A stretch of 63,902 nt of DNA, filler included, from Welwitschia mirabilis (Eukaryota): the NCBI GenBank assembly GCA_051453625.1. It is 7 parts of one record of this genome, joined end to end, with 100 filler letters (N's around TTAATTAATTAA, not from the genome) between each part and the next. Parts side by side here need not be neighbours in the genome. Positions count along the whole stretch, not along the records: positions 12,857 to 25,322 come from JBOZIK010000001.1; positions 25,423 to 31,298 come from JBOZIK010000001.1; positions 31,399 to 54,635 come from JBOZIK010000001.1; 4 more parts are not named here. One strand, written 5' to 3'. Positions 25,311 through 39,782 of this stretch are shown in pieces. A model generated the notes under the pieces. That model ran no database searches. It was given only the letters and a program-made list of their open reading frames with translations, and had not been told where the DNA came from. A program made the position numbers and the translations under genes. Within the stretch, counting starts at the first letter, position 1. Every line of letters starts with the position of its first letter.

Positions 25311-25422
25311 ATTAATAAGTTCNNNNNNNNNNNNNNNNNNNNNNNNNNNNNNNNNNNNNNNNNNNNTTAATTAATTAANNNNNNNNNNNNNNNNNNNNNN
25401 NNNNNNNNNNNNNNNNNNNNNN

Positions 25423-27679
25423 TTGATGTAATATATACTTGTAGATTTTAATAAAAGAATTGGTTTTTCATACTTTTATTGTTCATGCATAATTCGCTTG
25501 GTATTAGTAATTTTTAGGTAAGACTGGTTCTTATGTAGTTATTCATTCTTTTATTTTTAATGCATATTAAATTGATATTATCAATTTTTTGATGAACCTA
25601 CTTTATTATTAAGTTCTTTTATTACAAGTGAGTTGTTTGAGGCTACTTTTGTGATATTGTAGTTATTATTATTTGATGNNNNNNNNNNAGACATTCATTC
25701 ATACTTTTCATGCTTATGAAGGACTATGAAGGATTAGGAGGACTAAATAACTCACCAATACTCATGTGGTAAATTATATTAAGCTTCCATATTAAGCCTT
25801 AATAAGTTAATGATTTTAGTTATGTTTTAGAAATATAGGAATCATTGAATTGAAAATGAAGCATTGGATGAATTAGTTAGACCTTTGGAGCACTTTTGTT
25901 ACCTTATGTTGCCAAGCAAGATTAATAAATTCTTAATCTTGTGGTTTTTATTTTATGTTTCTTTTTATTATAAATTTAATTAATTATGTTTCTTTTGTAA
26001 AGCTATGACATGTATATCCTTGTATAATAATGATACTGAGTTTTAACTCTATTAAATCTGGTTCATGTACTAGAATGAATAGATTTTAGCACTGTTGCTA
26101 AGGATATTAGCATGGCAACTTTTCAAGAGTCCATGATTTTTTGTTTTGGAATTTTTAGTTAGTTTTTATTTTATCAATGATGGGTACTGATCCTTTTTCA
26201 ATAATACCTAAATTTGTTCTTTTCTCTTTCATTTGTGTGTTTTATTTTTCTTCTAGTGATGGGTACTAATCTTTTTCTAGTAAATCTCAAACTATTTAAA
26301 TTGTTGAGTTTATTTTTTTAATCTAATAACTAAAATTTTATTTATACATTTGATATTTTATGTTGCAAGTCTAATGACTTTCCTGTAGGTTACAACTCAA
26401 ACCAAGATTGTGAATTAGAAAAAACTAAACTCTAATGATTTATTTTATGTTTTATGTTTTTGTTATTTTACATAATTTTTTGTAAATTTTTCATTATTAC
26501 TTTGTTTTTTACTGTTAAAATTTTAGGAAACTTAAAATGTTTAGGATTTATTTTTCTAGATTAAATTTAATATACTACATTTAATTTAGTCTTCTGCTAA
26601 AACTTTTTAAGAACTCACAACCTAAAACATACCATGTAGACCTTGCTGATTGGTGTTATCAACTTTTCTAAATAAAACCCTCTGAAACTTTGTGAAGAAT
26701 CTTACTTGACTTCCTTGAAATGTTTTTGATAATAGGCATCCTCTAAAACCTTAAAAAGTTATAAAAGTATGAATCTTTAGTTAAAATCATAACTTGTTTT
26801 TGAAACTTAATAATGAGTTGAGCACCTAACCCATTTGAAACACGTTCTAAACTATAACATGTCTATTCCTATAATTCTTAAAACCATAATTAACCCAAAT
26901 GGACTATAGGAGATTTTACTCAACCTAAGAAAATTCTAGAGGACTACCTTCAATGCAACCCATATCATTCACAACCCTAAAATCATTTTGATATTAGACA
27001 AATATTTAAACAATATCTTCAACTTCATCTCTACATATATCAATCTCTTTATAATTTTGAATATGAAAATCCTTATATTGAACATCAAGAGTTTGATTTC
27101 ATACCCTCCACTATCCCTCACAACCCTTATTCTTTATCTTCCTTCTCATATCCTTCATCATTTGATCACTACCTATCATATTCATATATGTAACAATCCT
27201 CCTTACTTCCTTTAAAAATACCTTTTATAGATTCTTAAAAGGTGCTACTCGAATATCATCTAATACATCTCAATTCCATTTACATTATTTGAAAGAGTCG
27301 ACTAATACAACTAAGGAAGACATTGAGAAAATTCAACAACAAATAGCCCAAACTGACATTCAAGGTATTAGAGCTCTTAACTAATAGAAAGTCAATGACC
27401 TTTTCACATTCTATGAACCTACTAGCCTTGAAAACTTTGAAAGGATTGATGATAGTACAAACAATGACACCCAAGCCATATCCTTTAAAAATGAGGAAGA
27501 AACCCATGAAGAAGCCTATGAGAAAAGATAAGAAGACCTTGAGTTTAAAAATGCCTTAGAGAATGAATTACTAGTGCACATAGTTTATACTTTGAAGTGG
27601 AATTAGACACATCCAATGATGAGCAATCATTGGAAGATGAACAATTAGTATAGGAAGAAAATATTTGTAAAAGTTAAAG
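25423..27679 (+). mobile_element. Athila-type element: 3' part of 5' LTR (to ~26081), PBS-Asp (26087-26104), leader and gag remnant
   Basis: PBS tagcactgttgctaagga versus TGGCGCCGTTGCCGGGGA. The upstream sequence is homologous to 34035-34660. NDTQAISFKNEEE (~27463) resembles the AITLRSG motif. Confidence 0.65.
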
Positions 27680-29083
27680 TAAATGCTTAGAAGTGAGCAT
27701 TAGAGATGTTTAAGTGCCCTTGTATAGGATCATAGGATAGGGGATATGGGTGGAGATAAATAAAAGGGAAAAAATAAGGGAAATACATGGGTACAGGGTA
27801 ATGTCAAGAGTATATAGGAAAAAGATGGGGTGTATGAGGTGATAAAAGGCAATAGTAAAATAAGCATTGGGTATGACATAGGTGAAATGGACATTGGTGA
27901 AAGGAAGATAAAATGGTAAAATAAAATGAGGGCATAAGGGTCAAAGCATGATGGGTAAAATTTAGATTGACATTCAAGTGGGGTATGAGGTCAAGATAAC
28001 CGTTATGTAATACATGAAATAAGAAAATACAAGGTATGAGATAGTAAAAGAGGGGAAAATGAATGAAATAAAGAACATGGTACATAGACAAGGTACATGA
28101 AAATTACAAAGAATGTATCCATAGAAAGTAATGATAAATATGATAGTAGGAATGGTTTATAAGTAGAGGGGAAATAACCTTCAAGAGAAAAATACTATCA
28201 TTTAGGACATGGAGGAGATTCTTCATAGTAAAAAAGGCACACCATGGAGGGGAATCTCAAGAGGTATAATAGTAATCATCCTCTAAGTCTAATGCTACAT
28301 TTTGAATTTATTAATCTATTAAACTTAGAGTATAAAGGCAAGCACCATAGATACCTATTGATTTACCATTGTAGATTCCACCACCTCCCATAAGTGTACT
28401 AGCTAGAATTTAGAACTTTTCCTAAGAGTGAACATCTAGCTTACTTGGTACCTCAATTACATTACAAACATATTGTAGAATGCATTAACACATTTCATAG
28501 AATTCCACTCAAATAGGTAATAAATAGTAGTGTCCTTCCAATTTCAATTTTCAATAAGAGACCTCATTATCATATAGTACTTATCAAGAATATTCATCAA
28601 AGCACTACTAAGACATTAATAATAGTGATTAATATGATTAAGCATATATAGATAAGTCCAACTCTGATGCATCTCCCAGTGAATAGTATCTTCTTATGTC
28701 CAAAAAGGGGTAGATTTTTATGAAAACGGAAAATGTTAGAGAACTAATTTAGGAAATATATTCTTTCTTATTATGGAAACAAAGTATTAAAGAACATTTG
28801 GAGATTATACCACATTCTATACTTGTTTTTTATTACTTGCATTAATGTTTTCATGATTAACATTTTCCTTGCATAAGTAGTGATGTCGCATTATTATGTT
28901 ATTATCATTGCATTTAATCATAATCACCTACATTATTTATCTAATAATTGTAATTTAATAAAGGTCTTTTCTCATACCTCTATGTCAATATTCTTTTCAA
29001 GCTATAATTTTTTTCTTATTAGTTCATAACTCATGCTTTTAATTAATTTACCAAGTTTGAAATATCACTAACAAGGGAGAGAT

Positions 29084-30206
29084 TATTGAGCTACCTAGTT
29101 TTTATCTACCAAATGTATCAAAATCAGTATCCTGTATGGATAAAAAGCATAAAGTTTAAGTTTCAATAAAGTGAAAATAAGACATCTATAAGGATGAATG
29201 CATCTACTACATTTGAAGACATCGATCAAAATGAAGATGTCTATCAAACATTTGCTAAGCTTTTGTAAGTTTAATTCAAATATAATGTTTCAATGGATTT
29301 CATGCATTTCAAGGACTTTTCAATAAATATGTCTACATACATTAAATAAAAACATCCATTATGTTACTCGACATCTATAGGATGAAATACATGTTGGTTA
29401 TTCTAGTGAAGCATGTTAAAAGATGTTTATAGTTTTTTAAAAATGTCTATCATACTTCCAAATGTTTACAAGATGAAAGACATCTTAGATAGCTTAGAAA
29501 GCATAATAGAAAACATCTACTAAAATTGAAGACATTTTGGTAGAGAATAAAAGCATTAATAAAAACTAGGTACAAATTGAAAATTTCTACATTAGACATC
29601 TATAGAGATTAAGGTTTCTAAAACTATGAATATATTACTTCAACTTAAAATGAAAAGAGTAAAATATCCATTACAAGATATGTATTTAGTATTTTTCTTC
29701 ATGATATTATTTTTGATGATCTAGATTGGACACTTAATTATAATAGTTTCAAAGGAGTAAAAATTTAAGCCAGAAATTAAAAAAATAATTAATTATTTTT
29801 ACCTCACTTTCACATCAGGAGACTTATATGCATTGGGTTCTAAAAGGATTCTAAATTATAGTAGTGTTGTTAAGACATTCTATTATGTTTTTGAGGGAAA
29901 CATCTATTTGTAATCTTGAACTAGAAGGGGTTAAGTTCACTACCTTATGAGAAGTAATTCTATTGAATTTTAAGTTTGTAAGGTTAATGGTAAGCCATAA
30001 ACTATAGAATTATTAAGTAGCAAGATCTAGAGGTGTGTCATATTTGATCCTCCAAGTGTGAACTACCTAAGGTAAGGAACCATGTCAAATTAGTAATATT
30101 TTCATGTTTTTATTTACATGAAATTATTTTAGCAAGCCAATATTTTTATTTATAGTGAAATTTTGTTTTTTTGAAATTCATTTACCCCTCCCCTCTAATT
30201 GTTACA
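29084..30206 (+). repeat. Duplicated copy of the 24187 SIRE-type LTR
   Basis: PPT atcactaacaagggagagat, with the same motifs and end as 24187-25310. Confidence 0.75.
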
Positions 30207-30446
30207 ATTAATAAGTTCTTATCTAAATTTTTACCAGAGCCTAAATAAGATGAACTAGAACTATCAAATCTAGATTTAGAAAGTAAAATTTGGTTTACAT
30301 TAAGTGATATATCTTTTTCTTTATTACATTGGTGTAGATGCTTAATTCAAAGTAACAATATTACTTAAATGTTCCTTTAATGTAATGTTATCAACATTCT
30401 TTATCTTTAATTGAAAGTACCTTATTTTTGTATGCTTCAAGAAGAG

Positions 30447-31298
30447 TGTTTACATGTAAAAATTGACATGATAAGCAACTATATAATCAATTTAGCATAG
30501 GGAGAAGTATTAAATTCATTATTTTATTAAAAATTGATGTTTTCTATCCTTTTTATTATATTTCATGCAAACATGAACTTTCTTCTAACATAAGCAAATG
30601 TATTACTGCCTTTTAAAGAATATTTCACAAATAAAGATATCCTAACAAATAATGTTAGCATCATGGTCTAGGACCTCTGGTGCGGCTAGCCTTCTAAGAA
30701 AAAAATGAATTCAAACTCACATTATTGCATCTGTTTGGGAATTTCATCAATTTACACCTATGGACTAAGTCAGATGTTGATCTAGAATAAATCTTCAAAC
30801 CTGCTGATGCATCACAGAAGTATAAAACGATATATCATAGTGACATGTGATAATAATAAGGTTGATTACATGGATAAGATATGACATGGAATCTATTGAT
30901 AACATCATCATCATTAAATGGACGTTCATCACCTCTCTTTCATAAGAAGATAAAGGAATTTTCTATTAAGGCTACATGCCAAAATTTGTAGCTTCATTGT
31001 TAAGTAACCATCCAAATGTAACCCCCCCTTATAACGATCCATCTAAAACATTATGAAAAATACCTTTAAGCCATTCCTCATCTATAATAGGGCCTTGAGT
31101 CTTTATTGTAATGAATATTTTGATTAGATAATATAGGGAAATATTTAGAGTGCTTAGCTGTCATGGTGTTTTAATCATCTTTCTTGAGGGTAGATTATTC
31201 CAAGTCTAGTTGAGAAGTCCACATAATTCACCTATTTTTTGATGTAATATATACTTTTAGATTTTAATAAAAGAATTGGTTTTTCATACTTTTATTGT
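30447..31298 (+). repeat. 5' part of the same Athila LTR (in duplication copy 2)
   Basis: Starts tgtttacatgtaaaa and is colinear with 33245 onward. Confidence 0.7.
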
Positions 31299-31398
31299 NN
31301 NNNNNNNNNNNNNNNNNNNNNNNNNNNNNNNNNNNNNNNNNNTTAATTAATTAANNNNNNNNNNNNNNNNNNNNNNNNNNNNNNNNNNNNNNNNNNNN

Positions 31399-32410
31399 AG
31401 GTTTAGGTACAATTCTAAGGATTTTGAAGATTCAATAGAAAATTTTGGAAATGTGTAATTCTTACCTAAATTTGATGTATTAAAAGGCACATTCTAATGC
31501 ATAGAATTTTGGAGAAGAATTATTAATAAAAATTATAGGTTTATCCTTAAGAAAATGATTAAAAAAAACCATTGTTCCCTCTGTCGTTCCCATAATAGGT
31601 AAGACAATAACTGCTAAATTACTACTGAGTCATCATTCTGAATCATATTTTATAATGTGCTATCATCCCCCTTATCATCTGGATGATAGTCATGATGAAA
31701 CTGACATATAATCAACTCTAACAGTGATCCTTGACTATTTTGTCCATTTCTGAATTATAAATGAGTATGTCTTACCACGCATTCTGTTTGTCCTTTTCTA
31801 TGATATTTTCCTATAAATAAGCTCCCTTCTTTGACTCTCCTTCTTTTCTTCATTACACCAGAGATTCTCATAATAGGAGATTCAAGGGCAGGAGATCCAT
31901 CTTGAGTATTGCAAAAAGATGTTCCTTTAGTAAAGGGTTGTGTATCCTTCATTAAAGCTTAGCTATTTTGTAACCCAAATTCTTATTATTCATTTTTAAT
32001 ATAAACTTTGTTTTATTTTTATGTTTGCATTGTAGATATTCTGATGATCCTTATAGTCTATGTTGCCCTTGATCTAGGGATAATTTCTTGGGTAATATAG
32101 ATTATCAAGGGTAGCCTTTGTTAAGGTTGAAAATAAGTAGTGTAAGTTCCATTTTTGCATTACATATTAGATTAGGTTGCATATTGCGTTTGCATTATAC
32201 CTTTTATTTCTTGAATTATTCTTTATTTCTAGTTCCTATTATTCTTTTGCAAAGTAATCCAGGTCTCATCTTATAGTATTCAACGTAATATGACATTTTG
32301 GATCTAATCCCATTCATACTAGTATGTTGTATTGTGTGAGATATCTATTTATTTTATGAATGGTAGGATCCTTTTGAACTTAAGCACTTGCACAAATACA
32401 CACTGCAATA
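31399..32410 (+). repeat. Athila LTR of the 17170 family, 5' end in gap, no PBS after it (solo or 3' LTR)
   Basis: TATA ctataaata ~31811, core ggagattcaagggcaggagatccatc, end ttgcacaaatacacactgcaata. Confidence 0.75.
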
Positions 32411-33244
32411 AGGTTATAAGTACTTATTAGTAATGTAGCTCTAACATTTTATTTTATGACATGTTCAACTTCATCAAGGCTATAACTACTCACTGGTAAT
32501 GTAGCACTGACTCCTTTATATAATAATATGCTTAATTCTGTTGGGAGAAGATGTTATAATACTAGATGTCTAATTTGATCTAAATGCTTAAAACAAGGAA
32601 TAATGTGTGACTATGGAAACGTTTTTTTAAAAGGAATGAAAAATGTGGAATGTAGAGTTGCTTTTATGTTTACTTTCTTTAACTTATGTACTTGAAAGTT
32701 TTCTTAATTAATTTTTAATTTCTTATAAGTTTACTTGGAGGATATCTTATTTGTTTTGCAATGTAATACATTTTAAATTTAGAATAAAACTTGTAAAATT
32801 TTCAATAAATGAGGTTATTAATTTAGATAATCTTTCTCTTTTACAAGTTGTGGATGGTGCATTTTCATTAGGTTTTATGCTTTGCTTTTTCTTAGCTTGC
32901 AGAATGGATTTTCCTAAATACTTACATCAATATCATTTGCTAGCCTTGTATGAAAAGCTATGTAAAATCTTTTTAAATACTTCACCTTATTTTCAAAAGC
33001 TTTATTAAATTTCCTACCTCTTTAACTTTGAGGATAAAGTTTAGTTTTAATTTAATGTTATGGCATCCATTTTTACAAAATTTGTTTTGATTTTGATACC
33101 GTATTTGTTAAAAATTGATAAATTTTTTAAAAAAATGCTATATCATTTCTATACTTAACCATTTTACTTGGATAATTTTTCCATGTTCACCATTTGTTTA
33201 TTAAATTTTTATTGAGAGACCAGTAAAAGTCTAGTTAGGACATG

Positions 33245-34662
33245 TATTTACATGTAAAATTAACATTACAAGTAAGTATATTTGATTAATTTGGCATAGG
33301 AAGAAGCATTAAATTTATTATTTTATTACAAATTAATTTATTTTACACTTTTTATTACATTTCATGAATGTATGACTTTTTTTCTAATATAAGTAGGTGT
33401 ATTAGTACCTTCTATAGAACATTTCACAAAATGAAGATATTCTAATAACCAATGTCGATGCTGCTATCCAAGACTAGTGGCGCCACCGGCCTTTTAAGGA
33501 GGAATGAATTCGAATGCATGTTATTGCATCTATTTGGGAAGTTTATTAATTTAAACCTATGAGATAAGTCAGATGTTGATCTAGAATAAATCTTCAAACT
33601 TAATAACACATGGTAGAAGTACAAAATGATACCTCATAGTGACATGTAGTAGCAACGAAGATGAATACATGGATGAGACATGACATGGGATTCATTAACA
33701 ACATCATCATCATTAAAGGGACGTGCCATTACCTCTCTTTCATAAGACAAAGGAATCCTCTATTAAGGCTATGTGCTAAATTTTGTAACTTCTTCCTTAA
33801 GTAATCATCCTAATATAATCCTACTTTTGTAATTGATCATCTAACACAACATGAAAAATCTCTTTAAGCCTTCATTCATCTATAAAAGGTATTTGAATCC
33901 CCATTGTAATGGATATTTTACTTGAATAGTGTGGGTAAATAATTAGAGTGCTAGGACATCATGATGTTCTAATCATATTTTTTAGGGGTGGTTTATTTCA
34001 AGACCTATTAAGGAGTCTACATACTTCATCTATTCTTTAATGTAATGTATATTTTTCAGATTTTAATATAATAATTGGTTTTTCATTCTTTCATTATTAA
34101 TCCACAATTCATTTGGTATTAGTAATTTTTAGGTAAGTCTATTTCTTAATTCATTTTCCATTCTTTCATTGTTAATGCCCATTACATTGGTATTAGTATT
34201 ATCAAGTTCTTCCATCTCTAAGTGATTTTTTGAGGTTACTTTTGTAATATTATAGTTACTATCCTCTGATGTATCTTTTTCACATTCATTCATAATTTCT
34301 ATGCTTATGAAGGGTAATGAAAGATTAGGGGAATTGAATAGCTTACTAAACCTTATGTGGTAAATGCGCTTATACCTCCACACTGAGCCTTAATGACTTC
34401 ATGATTTTATTTATATTTTAGAAATATAAGAATCATTGAATTAAAGGTGAAGAATTAGATAAACTAGTTAGACCTTTAGGGCATTTTCATTCCCTTACAT
34501 TGCTGAGAAAAGATTAACAAATTATTAGTCTTTTGGTTTTTTTTTTCATTGCAAGTTAAATTAATTTTGTTTCTTTTGCAAAGCTACCACATATATATCC
34601 TTGTAGAAGAATGATACTAAGTTTTAATTTAGTTAAACCTAGTTTATGTACTAAAATAAAAA
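33245..34662 (+). repeat. Athila 3' LTR (~1.4 kb), diverged relative of the 30447/25423 LTR
   Basis: Preceded by PPT-like attgagagaccagtaaaagtctagttagga and by ctttgaggataaagt (~33026). Homologous along its length to 30447-31298 plus 25423-26081. Confidence 0.7.
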
Positions 34663-37399
34663 AGGAACCTAAATATTATTATTTGAATTTAACCTGAAAT
34701 AAGTTTACCTAGTTTCCATACATCACTCATTATGTTTACCAACTTGTTATTGAAATTGGTGAAGGTATTACCATTTTTTTCTCCACATTTTCTTAAATTA
34801 CATCATGAGAATTTGTTTCTTTATATTATTAATTTAATTTATTCTTTCATATTTTACTTGTAAGTAATCCCAAATCATTTTAGTAGTAGTGAAATTTCTT
34901 ACCTTATTATAGTCTTTTAAATTTATTCTACAACAAATTGCATTTGTAATCTTCTTATTATACACAACATTATCTTCTTAAGAAAGATAAACAAAACAAC
35001 ATAGTTTGAGAACAATTATTAAAATATAACTCTTTATTCAAGACTCATATGACTATATTATAAGTCAAGAAAATAAGTGATAAATAAAGTAGTATTTATG
35101 TTACTTAAACTTCTAAGATGACAACTCTTACAAGCATGCATATTCAAAGTAAGATAAAAGAAAAAGTAAAATAGGTATTTCTCCTAATAAAATATTATTT
35201 CTAGGTAATGTAACTTAAGGATACTGATAAAAACTTATCGTATATGTTCAAACTCCCTATAAAATTTATGTAATAATTTTTTATGTTTTAAAACATTAAT
35301 TATAATATTTTTAAGCTCTAACAAGATTTCATAATAAAAAATTAAATAATTAATTAATTATGAGACAAAAAATAAATTACAGTAGTTTTTCATAAATTAC
35401 ATTTACAATAGGATCCATAGAAACTAGCTTAAGCTATGTTAAAATTCTAAAAATATTATTCTAAGCTAATGATTTAAGGTTAAAAATTATTAAGTTTTCT
35501 AAAATGACAGTCCTACTATGCTATACTAAAATGATCATAAATTTCAAAATACGTTGACTTTGTAACTAATTCATGATGTTTTGGAAAGCTTATTTAATTC
35601 CATACCACTAAAGGTTGCTGAAGTTTTCATGTATCTTAACTATTAGTTATAGAAATATGAATTAATTGCTTATTATTTTATGCATTTATTTTCTAATGTA
35701 TTTTAACAAATAAAATTTTAGAAATTACTATATATCAGAAAAATTACTATTTTTAAGTTTCACAATTACAACACAATCCTATATGTATAAATAAAAACAT
35801 TTATTAATTTATACTTACTAATTAATAAGATATAATGTTTTTAAGCTATGTCTCTATTCTAAAAATTTAACTTTTGCTTTGAAAACATATAGTATAGGTA
35901 TAAGAACTAATTATATAATAACTTAAATAAGTAAAATAATGAATAAACTAGACAAACTAATTATTTACAATATAGCTTTACAAAATAATACTAATGCAAA
36001 TCAATTTATAAAGGAAAATAAAATCAATTCATAAAAGCATTTACAATGAGCCTTAGGATTATCATGAAGGAGTACTATTCTAAAAGATAATTTTGGGGAT
36101 TAGACTCTAATAAGATGAACCTAATGCATAATGGATGAAATTATAATATTATAAAATAAACATGGCTATTAAACGTTTTCTTATTTTCGTTTTCTTGTCT
36201 TTTTTTTTCTAAATAGTAAATTGCCTAGTCACTTAACTATACGCATCCATTAGAAACCTTAATTACTAAGCATAAAAAATCCCTCATATCTCTCCACATC
36301 TTGGTGAGAGCCAATCGGAGGGAATAATATTTTATAACTTAATTTCATTAAAAAATATAAATAATTCTCTAATACAATATCACATCATTCCACTAGAATC
36401 TTAAAAAGAAATCATATGGACAATATGAGTAAAGAGCTTACTTGAAAAAAATTAGTAAGTCCTTTATGGTTAAAGATTAATGAATATTCAAGCTCAAGAA
36501 TATTTATCTCCAAGGTTTCGATCTCTAAGATCCACAAAAAAAGAGAATGAAAAGGGAAAAAAGAGGAAACAAGAAATTCACTTGCAAGGGAGATAAAAAG
36601 TTTCTCCTCTTTTTTATAAGAGAGGAAAGGTTCTCTATATATAAATAGACAAAAGGCACATAACTCAAGATCACATGATTTATAACTAATAAATGGGATG
36701 CATAATAAGTAACATTGTAATACAAAAATAGACATCATATTTATGACTCATACACCTAAGTAGGTTGAGTAATTTTCTTTCTTTAATTAGAAAGGTTAAT
36801 TATATGTATCACTTTCTTGTGCTATCTCCTTCTTAATTCTTCATAGACTCATAAGTAGGTTTAATTTATTATAAGACATTTATTAAAAGAATGAATGCAC
36901 CAATTTCAAAATTTTCATATGGCATAATGAGATAAACTCTTTAATTCCAATGAATAAAACAACAAATATGATATAAATCCAGTGTCCTGCCATATCTTAA
37001 GAAGCTAAAAATTATGGTAGATTAAATCTACTCATTTATCATTTTTAGTTCTAGGTAAGAGTGCATGTACGTATTTACATACTCATTTATTTCATTATAC
37101 ATAGAATCTATCAATCACATAACACAAAGAAGAAAATGTCTATTTATAATATAGTACACCTCTCACATTACCAAGAATTTTAATCCCTTATTTAATTTTA
37201 AATGTTTTAATTATTTTTCCATAACAACCTTCTACCATAGTTATTATCATTTTCATGGTGGATTATGAAAATTAAAACCTAATGTTATTTTAAAACGCCA
37301 TCTTATTTTGATAAGGCCTTTAAAGAAGAGTAATTTATGATCTGATTAAAAGCTTAATATGATTAATATCCTAGTAATTAAGGATTACAAAATATGAGA

Positions 37400-39722
37400 T
37401 ATGATAAGTTTTCAAGCATTATCCAAGGTTAAGTAAAGTTAATTTCCATTACATAAAGAATCTACTAGTTTCTTAGTTTAGCTATTCAATCCACTATATA
37501 AGTAATTAACAAGTTATTCCTTTGAAAACTCATTCACTAGATTAGATAAAATGGAAATCAAGGATTTTTCATAGGTTATAGCATAATTCTCATAAGGTTA
37601 TTATGCAAAGTTAATAACTTTTCTTCTTCTTTTTCTTATAGTTGTTTCATTTGTGAACCGTTTAATAAAGGCATCCTGAACTTGGTTCCATATCTTGATT
37701 TGTTTTATATGGGATAGTTTTCAACTAATTGTTAGCCTTTCCTCTAAGCATAAAGGAGAATATGATCATTTAATCCTATGAATTACTTTCTTTTTCCTAT
37801 TTCTTAAGGGAAGAATGAATTGTTATATTTTTGGTTAGGTCTTAAAAAGTGTCATCTCCATATTCTCTTAAAAAGATAAAATAGGCATGTAGATTTTTAA
37901 GTTTAACATCATCTCCATTGCATAGATCAAAATAATTTTGAGCATATATTTTTCTATGGCTTATCATATCCTTAAGAGTTAACAAAACAAAAGTATGAGC
38001 TAACGTGTTTAGAGATTTTAAAGTAAAAGAACTAGAAGTAGAAGGATTATTAGAATAGGAAGAGGTTCGAGATGTAGGTTCTCTAAAAGGGGTTAAAGGT
38101 GAAAAAGAATTATGAAACAAATTACTTTTAAAAATATTAAAATAAAAAGTAGAATAATCATATTCTTCTATTTTAGATTTAAATAAAACTTTCTCACTTC
38201 TAGTCCTTAAACTAAAGTCCACTAGCCTTTCTTAAATTATCTTGCTAATGAATTTCTTCTTACAATCTTGTTTTACTTCTTTATCATTTCTTTATATGAT
38301 CATAAGATGTTAAATAAAATTCTTTACACCCAAGTAATAACATCTTTTCAAATCACATGAAATATAAGGAGGAGGCTATAACAACAATAAATGTGACACT
38401 CACTCAGATTACATGAAGCATAAATTACAAGCTAAGTTTTTGTAAGAGTGGTAATCTTCAAGTTTTATTTAAAAAATAAAAATTGACATGAAAATGAAAA
38501 TAATATATATATACACACACATACTATACAAGTAATTATCCTTTAAATCAAATTACATACTTGAGTAATAAGAATTAATCTTTTAACTTACTTAAACTCA
38601 TCCCTGGCAATGATACCAATTTGATATTGAATGAATCTATGCTTTTCCAATTAATTAATCATCTTTAATAATAACATAAAATCATAAGTATATAATTCAC
38701 ATAGATATACTTTAGTATAGGGAGTGAATTCAATGTTGTACTCTAGATAGGAATTCAAAGTGTATCTGAGAAATTGTTTCATTCAAAAAGGGATTGTCAT
38801 GCTTTTTTATTTAATTTTAGAATGATAACAAAATTAGAATGATAATTAAAATGTAATTAATTGTGAATTGTAAATGAAATTACAATATAAGAATGAAATT
38901 CAATCCTAAATGCAATCAATTAACCAAGTTTACCAACTTATTTTCACCTAAGCTAGTTCTTATATACTATATTAAAATCAAAACTAACTATAATTGTAAT
39001 TAACTTGATTTAGACATAGAATATAAAGAGGAGAAGAAATAAAATTGCATAAAAAAATTCATATTTACTAATAAAATATCTTAGATCCATTTAAAAGCAG
39101 TCACTCATTAATGAAGGGGTCTCAACCCAACATGAAGGAAATTGCCTCTCCTAAGATAGATGGATCTGTTACCTAAGGTGCTTCAATGTCATAAGAACTT
39201 TGATTCTAAAGGAGAAATGAAGAAATTAAAGGCCTAAGGGGGTATTTATAGGTATTGAAATGGGAATCTAGGAATGGATCATACATATTCATAATATTCC
39301 TCATCTTTTCCCTCAAAATGTTTCATCATTATTTTTCTAAAGATGCTTTATTGTCTTTTATCTTAAGATGCTTTGTCAGCTTCTCCTCATGATTCTTCAT
39401 CTTCTTTTTCCCTAAGATGCATTACTATGATTTGTCATTTTTCCCTCATGTAAATTATCATATGGCTACCATTAAAACTATTCATAACTATCCACTAATG
39501 CTTCACTATGTTAGAATTTTCTCTAATGTTTATGCAAGCTAGCCATGTACATGAGTTTCTCTAAAAGCTTCAAAAATCATTGAATCTGGTCATAAATTAT
39601 AGCTAATCCTTATCTTGAATATTAACATTCCAAATTGATTAATTTGAGTAACAAATCTATTAGGAATAATTAAAGATATACTTTAAAACATCATTAAGTA
39701 TGATCAATTTGTTCACACAACA
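37400..39722 (-). mobile_element. Athila-type element 5' part: LTR 38622-39722, PBS-Asp 38601-38618, gag remnant
   Basis: LTR termini TGTTG..ATCA, PBS tccctggcaatgatacca, and minus-strand WNQVQDAFIKRFTNETTIRKRRKVINF (~37610-37690), homologous to the gag at ~54250. Confidence 0.75.
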
Positions 39723-39782
39723 TAGCTAAGCATTGATGATTTATTAGTCCTTGACAAAAATGTGAGAAAGAATAGAACTAGG

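Larger units (their letters stand above)
22791..27679 (+). repeat. Tandem duplication, copy 1 (contains an unsized gap)
   Basis: 22791-25322 is colinear with 27680-30218, and 25423-25481 matches ~31240-31298. Confidence 0.9.
27680..31298 (+). repeat. Tandem duplication, copy 2 (runs into gap)
   Basis: Same start taaatgcttagaagtgagcattaga. Scattered substitutions and a short indel (cataagggtc, ~27933) relative to copy 1. Confidence 0.9.

Noticed and set aside
34663..37400. Very AT-rich tract with an LTR-like stretch near 36300-36800
   Set aside because: No termini, PBS/PPT, TIR or coding motif could be supported, so it is left unannotated.
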